From the NCBI GenBank assembly GCA_951406725.2, contig OX597828.1, positions 38,502,001-38,566,000 on the forward strand: DNA of 64,000 bases. Direction: 5' to 3'. Position numbers and translations under genes: made by a program. Numbering within the stretch: position 1 is the stretch's first letter; every line of letters starts with the position of its first letter. Origin of the DNA: Octopus vulgaris (taxonomy: Eukaryota). Of this stretch, positions 27,326-39,562 are shown in pieces. Below the pieces are notes generated by a model. That model worked only from the letters and a program-made list of their open reading frames with translations. It was not told the DNA's origin and ran no database searches.

Positions 27326-27492
27326 CACTACACTCACGGAGTGGTTGGCGTTAGGAAGGGCATCCAGCCGTAGAAACACTGCCAGATCTGACTGGGCCTG
27401 ATGAAGCCTTCCAGCTTCACAGACCCCAGTTGAACCGTCCAACCCATGCTAGCATGGAGAACGGACGCTAAATGATGATGATGATGATGATG

Positions 27493-27862
27493 AAGACAGT
27501 AAGGTGTGATTTGGGGGAAATTTGGCTGCTATTTCTACCAGGTCTAGCTGCCATGTAGGGGTCTCCCTCATAGGCTCATACATACATATATACATAGATA
27601 AGACAGTAAGGTGTGATTTGGGGGAAATTTGGCTGCTATTTCTACCAGGTCTAGCTGCCATGTAGGGGTCTCCCTCATAGGCTCATACATACATATATAC
27701 ATAGATAAGACAGTAAGGTGTGATTTGGGGGAAATTTGGCTGCTATTTCTACCAGGTCTAGCTACCATGTAGAGGTCCCCCTCATTGGCTCATATATATA
27801 TACATACATAAGACAGTAAGGTGTGATTTGAGGGAGATTTGGCTGCTGTTTCTACCAGGTCT
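27493..27862 (+). repeat. ~108-bp tandem repeat (about 3.5 units, one more at 26696-26802)
   Basis: Unit aagacagtaaggtgtgatttg...catacatatatacatagat, derived from family D. Confidence 0.9.
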
Positions 27863-28227
27863 GTTAGGCCTTCTCATGTAAACTCAAGCTTTCTCATGCC
27901 TTGAACATAAGACCAAAGCAGAGAATGTATTCTTTTATTCTTCTGCTTTTTCCAGCCATTGGTCTGTGGCCATGCTGGGGCAATGCCTTGAAGAATTGTG
28001 GTTTAATGAATCAACTCGTTTTATTTTTGTAAGCATTGTACTTATTCTATCTGTTTCCTTTGTCAAACCACTAGGTGACAGGGATGTAAACAAACCAACA
28101 TTCGTTGTCAAGCAGTGGTGGAGGACAATCACAAGCACAGACACGCACACACACACACATACATGCATACACATATACACACATACATACATACATACAT
28201 ATATATATATATGTGTGTATATATATA

Positions 28228-28550
28228 TTGCAGCGTGGAAGGTGTTTGTAAGCCATTTAAGAAACACACAAAAACCGTTACATTCACTTCAACATTTAAA
28301 TTTAATTTGCCAAAATATTTTCGTCGCTTTGAGACCGCGACCTGTTCACTGACAAAAATATCGTGCTAACAGGTCGCGGTCTCAAAGCGATGAAAATATT
28401 TTGACAAATTAAATTTAAATGTTGAAGTGAATCTAACGGTTTTTGTGTGTTTCTTAAATGGCTTATAAACACCTTCAACGCTGCAACTGTTTTCGTTCCA
28501 GCACACGATCTCAGATCAAGTCACTTGCTATGCAAGTACATCTCTGTAAC
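28228..28550. mobile_element. Palindromic TA-embedded element with 119-bp arms and a hammerhead-like motif
   Basis: Arms at 28228-28346 and 28368-28486. A single-arm copy lies at 40926-41105. Confidence 0.8.
28306..28356 (-). ncRNA. Minimal type I hammerhead-like motif, G3-C8 variant
   Basis: tttgtca-GTGAACA-g-gtcgc-ggtctcaaa-gcgac-GAAA-atat-TT-tggcaaa. Stem III is the palindrome AATATT. Confidence 0.55.
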
Positions 28551-28648
28551 TATATATATATTTATATATATATATATATGTATATTGGTAAAAACAGTAA
28601 GATAACAAAAGAAAGAAAGAGACCTCAATATTATGTAAATAGAGGAAA

Positions 28649-29043
28649 TCTTTATATATAAAAGTGAGGTTGTGTGTCTGTCTCCTACGATTTAGATTCC
28701 TAACTACTCCCACATTTTGCGGTGCAGTTTAACCAAAACCGGGTATCTTATAGTCGTGATTCATATCGAGACCGTCTGGGTATTAGCGCGCGTCTACGAT
28801 GAGTCTACGATTTTAAAAAAAATTTACCATCAATTTTTCCCATTTTTAATCCATTTTTGACATATATAAGGGAAGTAACTCTCTAAAATTTATTATTAAA
28901 TCTCAGAACGTAAAAAGCTACAGTAACATCCCTCCCCCTTTGTGGTTAGCCATATTGAGATGGCTATTATACTTTACATCTCTAAAAATGCTTATATAAT
29001 TATTTCCCTTACAAACCCGAGCAACGCCGGGCGATACTGCTAG
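28649..29043 (+). mobile_element. Complete non-autonomous Helitron H1
   Basis: A|TC start at 28649, subterminal hairpin cccgagcaacgccggg, CTAG|T end at 29043, no TSD. Confidence 0.88.
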
Positions 29044-29308
29044 TATATATATATATACGAGAACATAAACACACCAGCATCGGATGTTAGGTGGGGGGAC
29101 AACACACACACACACATATATTTATATACATATATACGACGGGCTTCTTTCAGTTTCCGTCTACCAAATCCATTCACAAGGTTTTGGTCGGCCCGAAGCT
29201 ATAGTAGAAGATACTTGCCCAAGGTGCCACGCAGTGGGACTGAACCCAGAGCCATGTGATTGGTAAGCAAGCTACTTACCACATACCCACTCCTGCGCCT
29301 GTGCCCAC

Positions 29309-29355
<47 letters not shown>

Positions 29356-29385
29356 TTGAGTTGTGGGGTATCGCACGAGTGGGAT

Positions 29386-29806
29386 TATATATGAAAAAAG
29401 GTTTGAAAATGCAATTTAAACGATGTTTATTTACTTAACCGGTTTCACTCTTTGGTAAAAGATTGTCAAAAGTAACATTGAATATTATGGGTTCAAAAAA
29501 AGTTGTTTACATAATTGTCACATTGAATATTATGAATTCAAAAATAATATATTTGTTTTATTCTTTTCTGCCAATTTTTCCAAATATTCTCATCACACTA
29601 TTGAACTTTTTTATACTATATTTATACATGTAATGTGACAATTATGTATAAAAAAACATTTTTGAATTCATAATATTCAATGTGATAATTATGTAAAAAA
29701 ACTTTTTTGAACCCATAATATTCAATGTTACTTTTGACAATCTTTTACCAAAGAGTGAAACCGGTTAAGTAAATAAACATCGTTTAAATTGCATTTTCAA
29801 ACCTTT

Positions 29807-29815
<9 letters not shown>
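29386..29815. mobile_element. Palindromic TA-embedded element with a hammerhead-like motif in each arm
   Basis: Near-perfect arms at ~29386-29540 and 29660-29815. Confidence 0.8.
29728..29772 (+). ncRNA. Minimal type I hammerhead-like motif, U3-A8 variant (mirror copy 29431-29475, minus)
   Basis: ttactt-TTGACAA-tcttt-tacc-aaaga-gt-GAAA-ccgg-TT-aagtaa. Stem III is the palindrome ACCGGT. Confidence 0.55.
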
Positions 29816-29877
<62 letters not shown>

Positions 29878-29931
29878 CGTATAGATGTTAGTATGTACAT
29901 ATACATATGTATATATGCATATATATATATA

Positions 29932-29990
<59 letters not shown>

Positions 29991-31259
29991 TCCTATATAT
30001 ATGTGTCTGTGTCTGTGTTTGTCTTTGTGTCTGTGAACGATTGAATAAGTACTACGCTTTTAAAAATAAGTCCTGGGGTCGATTTGTTCGACTAAGGCCC
30101 TTCAAGGCGGTGCTCCAGTGTGGCCACAGTCAAATGATTGAAGAAGGATAAAAATAAAAGAATACTATTCAAGCGGATATGGCACAAAGGAAAATAATGG
30201 ACCCAAAGGACATTGAATATTAAGATCGGACATTCACGTATGGGCAGAATCTTTCGAGGCGTGAGGCATAAACTGAACTTTTTTGCATGGGTTATGACTT
30301 GAAGTTTGCTTCCCAACTACATGGTTTCGAGTTCAGTTCCACTGTGTGGCACCTTGAGCAAGTGTCTTGTAATATAACTCCGGGCCTGCTCGTCGTGTAT
30401 GTGTATGTGGGGAGGGTGTCTATATATGTACGTGTGTGTGTGTGTGCGTCTGTCATCACCACCACCACCACTTGACAACCGGTGTTGGTTTGTTGATGTC
30501 CCCGTAACCTAGCAGTTCGGCAAAAGTAACCGATAGGGTAAATGCCAGACTTAAAACTTATTAAAAAAATAAGTATAGTTCGATTTGTACGACTAAAAAA
30601 ACCTTTCGAGGTGGTACTCCAGTATGGCCGAAGCTCTGTAATGGAAACAAGTAAATGAAAAGATAAATTGACCGAAAAGTCCCAAACTCATACCTGTTAA
30701 GTTAATTACTAACGCAATAAAGACAAAACTATTACAAAACTGTTACAAAACGATTTTATCTCAAAATGTCTGATGAAATTTTTTGATACTTAGACGTTAT
30801 TAAACACAGCAGAGAAGTTCAAACAGCGAACAAAAGACGTTTCGAATTGCCATATTAAAAACGTCGACGATAGAACATGATATTGCTTTCACTGGGGAGT
30901 AATGACCAGGATAGAATGAAAAGCTACCAAACTAGGCTACAAAATACGCTCTCATAGATACTACATTTCCGGCATATAAGTCGACTGGTATATAGTGTAA
31001 ATATGCTGTGTAAACCGTCAAATATCGTCACTATCTTTCCAGATCCCACTGCTTTTCACATGGAGTTTTTGGTCGCCCAAAGTTGTCTTTGTGTATAAGT
31101 TAGCCTCCCATTTTTGGCTGTAAATTTTGGTCAGGATAATTCAATTTGTATGCCGGAAAATAAGCTAATAACAAATGGAAAATTAATAACAGGCGCTGGC
31201 ATGGCTGTGTGATTAAGATGTTCGCTTTACAACCATTTGGTTTCGAGTTAAGTCCCACT

Positions 31260-31735
31260 GGATCTTTTCGGTTTGAACGGCAGTTTTTTTCTAGCGGTGT
31301 CATATGAAATTGTCACCCATAATTATGACCCTAGTATCGATCTATTGCATTTCAATATGTTTTATGGTTAGAGTTAGGGTTAGTTAGGGTTAAAGTTAGG
31401 GTTAGTTAGGGTTAGAGTTAGGGTTAGGGTTAGGGTTAAGGGCGGGGGGAAGGGTATCTTTTTTCTTCAGAAATGTAAATAAACCCAATCTGTTTCTTAA
31501 ACGAGGGATATATTCATAAGGCACATAATGTTTTCACCTCAATAGACGTCATTGATTGGTTGAAATTGCAGAAATTGAAGAAAAAAAACAACAAATATCT
31601 TACAAACTATAGAAATTTCTCAATAAAGCCAAGAGAAGATGTTTTATAAACACATTCTACCAGTATACGAAGTTTAAAAGTGTTTAGTTACGTGGAAATT
31701 ATTTTTAAAAACTGCCGGTCAAACCGAAAAGATCC
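31260..31735. mobile_element. MITE with 8-bp TSD and GG termini (Merlin-like), carrying (TTAGGG)-like repeats
   Basis: TIRs ggatcttttcggtttgaacggcagttttt / aaaaactgccggtcaaaccgaaaagatcc. TSD gtcccact at 31252-31259 and 31736-31743. It is inserted in a SINE A head. Confidence 0.85.
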
Positions 31736-32310
31736 GTCCCACTACACGGCATCTTGGAAGTTTCCTATACACACGTCAGATGTCGAAGTGGTCGCAGAGT
31801 AACGTGAGATGAAGTGCTTTGGGCCCGAGAATACAATGTACCGCCTGGTACGAGAATCGAACCCATGCTGTCTCGATCCTGAGTGTAACGCGCTAACCAC
31901 TGTATGTCATGCACTCTCATACACAAACAGACAGATTATATATAAACTCTGATATACATGCACGTGTATGTGTGCATACACGTGCATGCAACATATAGTG
32001 TCAGTATATGTAAATGTGTATTTGCGTGTGCGTGTGTGTGTGCATTTTGATATTTCATATTGTAGAGGCAAAATACCTGAGGAATTTGAAAAGGGTGAGA
32101 TTGCCAACGCAGGTGTACTCTAGTTTCAAGCCCAACGTAGACTCACAAGAACGACTACCTAGTCCAATCAATGCATAGCAGAAGACAGCTAAGCCTATCA
32201 ACCATTAATACATGCTTCTTCTTCACGTAAGGTCAACTATGTGACTACAAATGGTATACAATATGCATAGATAAATATTTATCTTATAAATGTATGTTTG
32301 CGTCTGTGTG

Positions 32311-32344
<34 letters not shown>

Positions 32345-32382
32345 CTCTCCTCTCTCTTTGTATGTATACATGTGTATATATA

Positions 32383-32430
<48 letters not shown>

Positions 32431-32434
<4 letters not shown>

Positions 32435-32686
32435 CAATTTAGGAATGGCCTTAACAGGCCATTCGTCCACTAGACAGAGCAGCCATAACTCCAACCGCCA
32501 AGTAATGTAATTCGGAAAAAGGTGAAAAATTAAAAACGCAGAAACGATGCATCGTCTAAAAGATGAATTAGGGTAAACGTTTTTAATTTTTCACCTATTT
32601 CCGAATTACATTACTTGGCGGTTGGAGTTATGGCTGCTCTGTCTAGTGGACGAATGGCCTGTTAAGGCCATTCCTAAATTGTTATA
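32431..32686. repeat. Near-perfect palindrome with 108-bp arms next to (TA)n
   Basis: Arms 32431-32538 and 32578-32686, about one mismatch. Confidence 0.9.
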
Positions 32687-32778
32687 TATTTACATTTTAG
32701 TCACATGACTATTTTTCTTTTCCACTGGGCCGCTGGTAGTGATAAATTTCTATCGAATTTTTTACTACCCTAAATTGA

Positions 32779-32836
<58 letters not shown>

Positions 32837-32918
32837 TAAAAGTACACACACATAATTATATAAATATATTTTGATAAAATCATTAAAGTGGTTTTATCCT
32901 TAATTCTATAAAGAATAA

Positions 32919-32954
<36 letters not shown>

Positions 32955-33024
32955 AACCTCGGGTGTACTGTTGACGATTTTTTTTTCCTCTGTCTTCCCT
33001 TCTCTGGATCTTTCCTTCTCCTAT

Positions 33025-33059
33025 GTTTCCGACGAAGAGCTCCTCTCGAAACGTTAAAC
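33025..33059 (+). ncRNA. Very small type I hammerhead-like motif (CCGACGA core)
   Basis: gttt-CCGACGA-a-gag-ctcct-ctc-GAAA-cg-TT-aaac, within a ~210-bp element flanked by (TG)n/(TA)n. Confidence 0.6.
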
Positions 33060-33173
33060 CCTCCTTCTTTCCTTCTTTCCTGAGCGTCCAATAATACTAT
33101 ATTTGTTCCACGTCCTCGCGTTGTTGTGTTTTTCTTTTTTTGTGTGTTTTCTTGTTTGGATTAACTATATATA

Positions 33174-33250
33174 TAGGGTGTCCATACGTTACCTTTACAA
33201 TCTGATACAATAAATTGTGGAAGTTATAAAGATAATTTATGGACACTTAT
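33174..33250. mobile_element. Tiny Tc1/mariner-like MITE remnant
   Basis: ta-gggtgtccatacgttacctttaca / tataaagataatttatggacact-ta. Confidence 0.45.
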
Positions 33251-34809
33251 ATGTATATGTATATGTATATATCTGTGTGTGAGGCCATATATGGTGCATA
33301 TTTTTGATGCTACTTTAGCGTGCGGTCTACCTGGCCAATTACACTTGTATGCAGTTTAATTCACGCCCTAACGCTAACCCTAATTTTAAACACTAACCCG
33401 CATCCCAGATTAGGTCATTTCTCAGCGTTGACCGCCCGCTCAAGTAGCACCCATATTTTTCTCCTACACGCAGTGCACATCCATAATGGCGTTTTATTAT
33501 ACAAGCAAACGTGTGCGAGCGAGCGAGCGCGCACACACAGAGAGTTTAATAGTATCAGTTTCAAATGTTGGCACATGGCCAGAAATAATCGACTCTATTA
33601 CTCAGCTGGTACTTATGTTATCGATCTCGTAAGGATGAAAGACAAAGTCGACACTTCGGAGGAATTTGAACTCAGAACGTAAAGACGGACGAAACACCCG
33701 CAAACAATTTATCCGGCATGCTAACTACTCTGCCGGCTCGCTGCCTTGTAATAATTTATTTCTATTAATGATAAACACCCTCTGTTTATTGACACAAGTG
33801 TATCTGTCATAAAATGCAATATGTCACAAACCCGGACGTAAAAAAAAAACCGGACATAACGCTCTTTATATTCGTGTTTCTTTAACAACCAAAACAAGCA
33901 ACGAGAATCGATGAATGAATAAAAAAAACTATTTTTTTCCTTTTCTTATTTTACACATTTCAATATAAATAATCATTAATATGACATGGCTTTAACACAA
34001 TATCTTTAGTGAACGAATCCTCATTCAATTCAACAAGTTGTATGATCGATGAAAAACGTCTTTTTGTGTGTGTGTGTGTGTTGTTTTTTATGTACAGGCA
34101 TTTGCAAGCAGTGTGTGTGTGTGTGGATGTATATACGTCTGTGTGTGCGCACGTGCACGTGCTTTAGTCGGTGTTGGAAGTGGGGGGAAAGGACATAGAG
34201 GGAGACACAGTTCAGCTTATGGAGCAGTGTCGAGGATTAAAGCGTCCAAGGAACGACTTCTCCCGCCACTTCGTTCTCAACCTCACGGACTTCAATGTAT
34301 CCTCTTAGGGTTCTTAAAAACCCATTCCCGCCAGTTTCTGGGAATGTGAAGGTTGTGTGTGTGTGTGTGTGTCTGTCTGTCTGTCTGTCTGTCTGCCTCT
34401 GTGTGTGTGTCTGTCTGTTTGTCTGCCTCTGTGTGTGTATGTATCTGTGCATCAGTTTTCATTACATGTGGACAAACTTCAAAACCTATTTCTTTCTACC
34501 ATTGCGCCATTGAAAACGAAACCAGCTCAGAGAATTAGAGACAGACAGAAAGAGACAGAGTAAAAGAGAGATAGATAGAGAGACAGACATAGCCAGAGAG
34601 AGAGAGACCGAGATAGCGAAGGAAGAGAGAAAGTGAAAGGTGGAGCGAGAAAGAGAAAGAATGAGATGCAGAAATCGTATCTTCAAGAACTAATTGCTAT
34701 GCGTTGGAATCATATTTGATTTAATTACAAATGATTTTTCAATTAGCGAGCGACGTGGTTAACAACTGACAATAACAGCTGTTGACCATATTTTAGTCTT
34801 TGTGTTAGA

Positions 34810-34871
<62 letters not shown>

Positions 34872-34941
34872 AAGATGGGGAGAAAAAAAGAGGCAGTGGC
34901 AGACAGTTGGAGAAGAAAATTTGATGAAAAATCCTCAAGGC

Positions 34942-35331
34942 CAGTGGTTCCCGAAGTGGGCGCTACAGCCCCTCCGGGAGCGGTGGATAGACCCAGGGGG
35001 GCACTGAAGAAAAGTAGGGGTAGCCAAAAGGGACGGTGGATCTATAAATATCTAAATAATGCTTTCATTAAATTAGGTTTTTTGTTTTGTGTGTGTGTGT
35101 GTGTTCTTTCTTTCTTTTCTTTTATTTGTTTCAGTCATTTGACTGCGGCCATGCTGGAGCACCGCCTTTAGTCAAACAAATTGACCCCAGTACTTATTCT
35201 TTGTAAGCTTAGTACTTATTCTATCGGTTCTCTTTTGCCGAACCGCTAAGTTACGAGGACGTAAACACACGAGCATCGGTTGTCAAGCGATGTTGGGGGG
35301 ACAAACACAGACACACAAACATATACTCACA

Positions 35332-35387
<56 letters not shown>

Positions 35388-35718
35388 TACGACGTGCTTA
35401 TTTCAGTTTCCGTCTACCAAATCCACTCACAAGGCTTTGGTCGGTCCGTGTTTATAGTAGAAGACACTTGCCCAAGTGGGACTGAACCCGGAACCATGTG
35501 GTTGGTAAGCAAGCTACTTACCACACAGCCATTTGTTTTTATTAATGTTTTTTATTATTTCACTGTTATAAGCTTATACAATCCATTTTTAGAGTAATAT
35601 TTATAAATTACCATCCATCATAAACTAGTCTAGTCGTGATATCTCACTCACCACTTAGGTGGGTGTTAGGCATAACAACTACTTAAAAGTGGGACATAAA
35701 GAAGGTTAAAAACCACTG
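34942..35718. mobile_element. hAT-type MITE with a nested SINE A
   Basis: Termini cagtggttccc / aaaaaccactg, with a degenerate 8-bp TSD ctcaaggc / ctataggt. Confidence 0.6.
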
Positions 35719-36044
35719 CTATAGGTGAATATTTACCTGGTTTGTGCACTGCGTGGGTTGAATGCAGAAGGGGACGGTAAATATGGTGAAATGGTGCCTT
35801 TTTTCTGCCGTATAAGGGTGATACAAACTAACTGATCTCATACAACTTAGTTAGGAAATCCTTTTACTGCTATCTTTGTTCTGCTTGTTTTGTTATAATT
35901 CTTGGCTGCTTTGTAAAAACATTAAACAGCCGCCAGTTCCTAACTTGTTCTTTGTTTTATCGTTTTTGGAAGAAGGAAAAAGGAAGTTAATCTCAGTCTT
36001 TGTTTTTTACTATAATTGTATTCACATCAAGAATCCTTCAACAC

Positions 36045-36640
36045 ACGACCTTGTCCGAATTCTTTTATAGTAATTTTCTTCACTTTCAGAATCCTGCATA
36101 GGAATATTAGCAACAATACAAGACCTTGGACTAAAAATTGTTTGCTAGCATAACATGGTAGTCCCGGTTTAGGACGAATGTTGCTGTAATTTAGCCCCAG
36201 GAGTCATCGTCTCCAGCTGGCTATACGACACGATCTGAGCCGTATAGCCAGCTGGAGACGATGTCACCTGGGGCTAAATTACAGCAACATTCGTCCTAAA
36301 CCGGGACTACCATGTTATGTTGGCAAACAATCTTTAGTCCAAAATACTGTTGCTGAACATCTCTCGTTGTGAGATTTAAAAATAGTAATTTTCTAATACA
36401 AGACCTTGTCCGAAATCTTTTATCATAATTCTCTTCAAATCTAGAATCCTTCATAGGAATACTAGCAGCAACACACGGCCTTGTTCAAATTCTTTTATCA
36501 TAACTTTCTTCACTTTTAGAATCCTTCATAGGAATACTAGCAACAATACATGGCCTTGTCCGAAATCTTTTATCATAATTCTCTTCAGATCTAGAATCTT
36601 TCATAAGGATACTAGCAGCAACACACGGCCTTGTCCGAGT
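36045..36640. repeat. ~74-bp tandem repeat interrupted by a palindrome with ~103-bp arms (36127-36342)
   Basis: Unit ccttgtccgaaatcttttatcataattctcttca...aggaatactagcagcaacacacgg. Palindrome arms at 36127-36229 and 36241-36342. Confidence 0.85.
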
Positions 36641-38382
36641 TTATTGATATCGCGCGTGAATTCATTGTAATTCGGATAAATCGCTTTAAAAAAAATTTGG
36701 CAATCTTCGGTTGCTATGGAAATATTGATTCAGTCGGAATTGTTGCCTCCAAGCAATTCAAAAAAATGTGCAAAAAGAAAAAGAAAAATTAAATATAGGC
36801 GCGGACATTGCTGCGTGATTACGAAGTCCACTTTGTAACTGCAAGATTTCTGGTTCAATCCTGCCGCGTGGCATTGGGCAATTGGCTTCTACTATAGTTC
36901 TGGGCCCACTAATGCTTTGTGAGTAAATATGGTAGACGGAAACTGCATGGAAGCCTGTCGTATATGTGTCTATGTGTCTTTGTGTTTGTGTTTGATCGCC
37001 ACCACCGCTTGACTAGGGTTGGCTTGTTTACGTCCCCGTAACTTAGCGGTTCGCCACAGTGAATGATAGAATAAGTATCATGCTTTAAAATGTGGGCTGG
37101 GGTTGATTTATTCGGTTTAACCTTTCAAGGTGGTGCCCCAACATGGCCGCAGCCCAATGCCTGAAACAAGTAAAAGATTAAATATTAAAAAGTAAGCTAA
37201 AGGCCCATTCGTTGGAAAGATGAATTGCTTTCAAGATTTCTGCTACCTTGAAGCCAAATTGTGGCCTGCAATTCGGAGCATACATGAACTGGTTTCAAAT
37301 TTTGGCACAAGGCCAGTAGTTTCAAGGGAAGGGGTTAGTTGATTACATCGACACTAGTACTTGGCTGGTACTTTATTTTATCGTCCCCGTAAGGATGTAA
37401 AGGCAAAGTAGACTTCGGCAGTTTGAACACAGAACGTAAAGGGCCGCAAGAAATGCCGCTGAACATTTTAGCCAGAATGCTAAGGATTCCACCAACTCGC
37501 TACCTCAGTCACCTTTGTATGTTAAAGGTAAATGAAGGCGACGAGCTGGCAGAATTGTTGTTATACCGGACAAAATGTTTAACTACATTGCTTACGGTTT
37601 TAAGTTCTAAGTTCAAATTACTCGGCGGTCGACTTCGCTTTTCATCAGTTTTTCTTTGTTAAAGGAACGAGTTTTTTGAAAATCAAAATAAAATTCCCTT
37701 GATATTGTCTCGTTATCACTATGAGCATCGACTGAAAATCTCTGTGGGAAATCTTGATGAAATACTTCAATTATTATTTCATTCAGGTGTAGAATATTTT
37801 ATAGAAATGTATCGTAAGTAGCTTAATATAACAGATATTAAATCTACTCCAGGTCTTCACTGGTTCTACATTGCACCAACCCTGAAAGAATAAAAAGCAA
37901 AGATAAGCTCAGCAGGGCTTAAAAGTAATTGCATTTGTTGTTGCTAAGCTGCAGGTAACCTATAACCGGGCAGATTTGTGATCAAAAACGTTCCAATCAT
38001 GACCATCTAGTTTTTTTTTTTGTTAGTTTTTTAAATATGTATTTAAAAGTCCGTTACTGAATTCCTTCTCCTCTCTTAAGATGATATAGGTTACGATTTG
38101 TGCATATAGTAAAGAGATTGTTGCTTAGTGCTCGCGTGCTCTACAAATCGTCGGGAAAGAGATAAAAGACGGGGATAGAAAGCAGCAATAACTCGAGTTA
38201 AAGAAAGACAGCAATGAAGGCCTAAAGTACATGCACACTACACAAAAATAGAAAAAAGTGAACAGGAAAAGAAACAAGGATGTATAGACACGTTAAGAGT
38301 TGAGTGGTGAATTTCGAGAAGCATTCAAGATTTGAAAGCCTCGGTGTCTTGACAGCTAACAACTGACGCAGATTATCTAGAA

Positions 38383-38731
38383 CAGAGGTTCTCAACCGAA
38401 GTTTATGTGACCCCTGAGGGTCCATATAAGATTTTTGCGGGATCCATGCAACAAAATAGTAAATTGGGGATCCACAATAGTATCTGAAGGGCTCTTGAAA
38501 GCAATTTTGCTTTAGATGTATGTATTGGTATGTATTTCAAGAAACAGCTAAGTTCTTTCTGTAACATTTTACATAGTCCAACATACACAAGTTAATGTGT
38601 GAAAAACAAAATGGCAATTTTGGAAGAAGTTTCTATAAAACTAGCTTTTAAACATCAAATGGCTATGGAGATCCACCAGAATAAATCAGTAATCGAGGGG
38701 GTCCATAGATAAAAATGGTTGAGAACCCCTA
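38383..38731. mobile_element. hAT (Charlie/Buster-like) MITE
   Basis: TIRs cagaggttctcaacc / ggttgagaacccct, with a perfect 8-bp TSD atctagaa. Confidence 0.88.
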
Positions 38732-38739
38732 ATCTAGAA

Positions 38740-38890
38740 CAAACATGGCAACCTTTTTTGAGAAGCGGACCGCATAAAGAATGGCTTATCATCAGATGGG
38801 CCGCACCACTAAAAACAAAAAACATGAAGGTAATTTCTCGTTAGGCATGCCATTCAGAAACCCGCGCAGACCGCAGATTGCCAATGAATG
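38740..38890. mobile_element. Second, older hAT-like MITE abutting the first
   Basis: caaacatggcaacct...agattgccaatgaatg, flanked by atctagaa / atcaagaa. Confidence 0.6.
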
Positions 38891-39214
38891 ATCAAGAACA
38901 TTGTTATTTTTGGTACCCTTCCTGTTGGAACTTCGATTTAGATATCCCATATCTCAAGGGGGATAAAAGTAACGGAAGTGAAGCGAAAAACCCTAGACAT
39001 TTTTAATTTTAGGGTAAAAAATCGTAATTTCCGTTGTTTGAAAACAAGTAATATGGTCCTTTATTAAAGAAAGGAATGTGATAGATGGCTTGGCCCAGCA
39101 ACTGTCCTAGGCTGGGAACATAAACATGGCAGTGCATCCATCCTGACTAGTGCCCTGTCCTGAAGCAAATAAAGCATTTTCAGAAAGCAAAAATTAACGA
39201 ACTTGCTACACCTT

Positions 39215-39562
39215 TGGGTTAAAGGGGTAAAGATCCCTTCGATCCCGAATGAGCATGGGATGGCACCAAGAAAGTTATCCTGCGAGGCACAAGTCCGGGC
39301 AAGGTTGTTTATGGAAGACCAGCAGTCGCCCATGTGTACCAGCCTCCACTCTCCACACCACTGATGTTATCTAATGGAAAGGCAAAGGGGCCGATACAGC
39401 TTGGCACCAGCGACGTCGCAACTCATTTCTACAGATGAGTGGACTGGAGCAACATGAAATAAAGTGTCTTGCTCAAGAACACAACGTACAGCCCACTCTG
39501 AGAATCGAACTCACTATTTCATGATTGTGAGCCCATTGCTCTAACCACTAATCCATGCGCCT
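39215..39562 (-). mobile_element. tRNA-derived SINE with a CORE/V-like central region
   Basis: Head gcatggattagtggttagagc...gagttcgattctc, then gtgttcttgagcaagacacttta...gctccagtccactca. Confidence 0.7.

Noticed and set aside
31366-31420. Telomere or chromosome-fusion relic
   Set aside because: Short, degenerate and internal to a TIR element with a TSD.
39480-39562. tRNA gene
   Set aside because: The A/B-box head continues into a SINE body with no proper acceptor stem. The same holds for other SINE heads.
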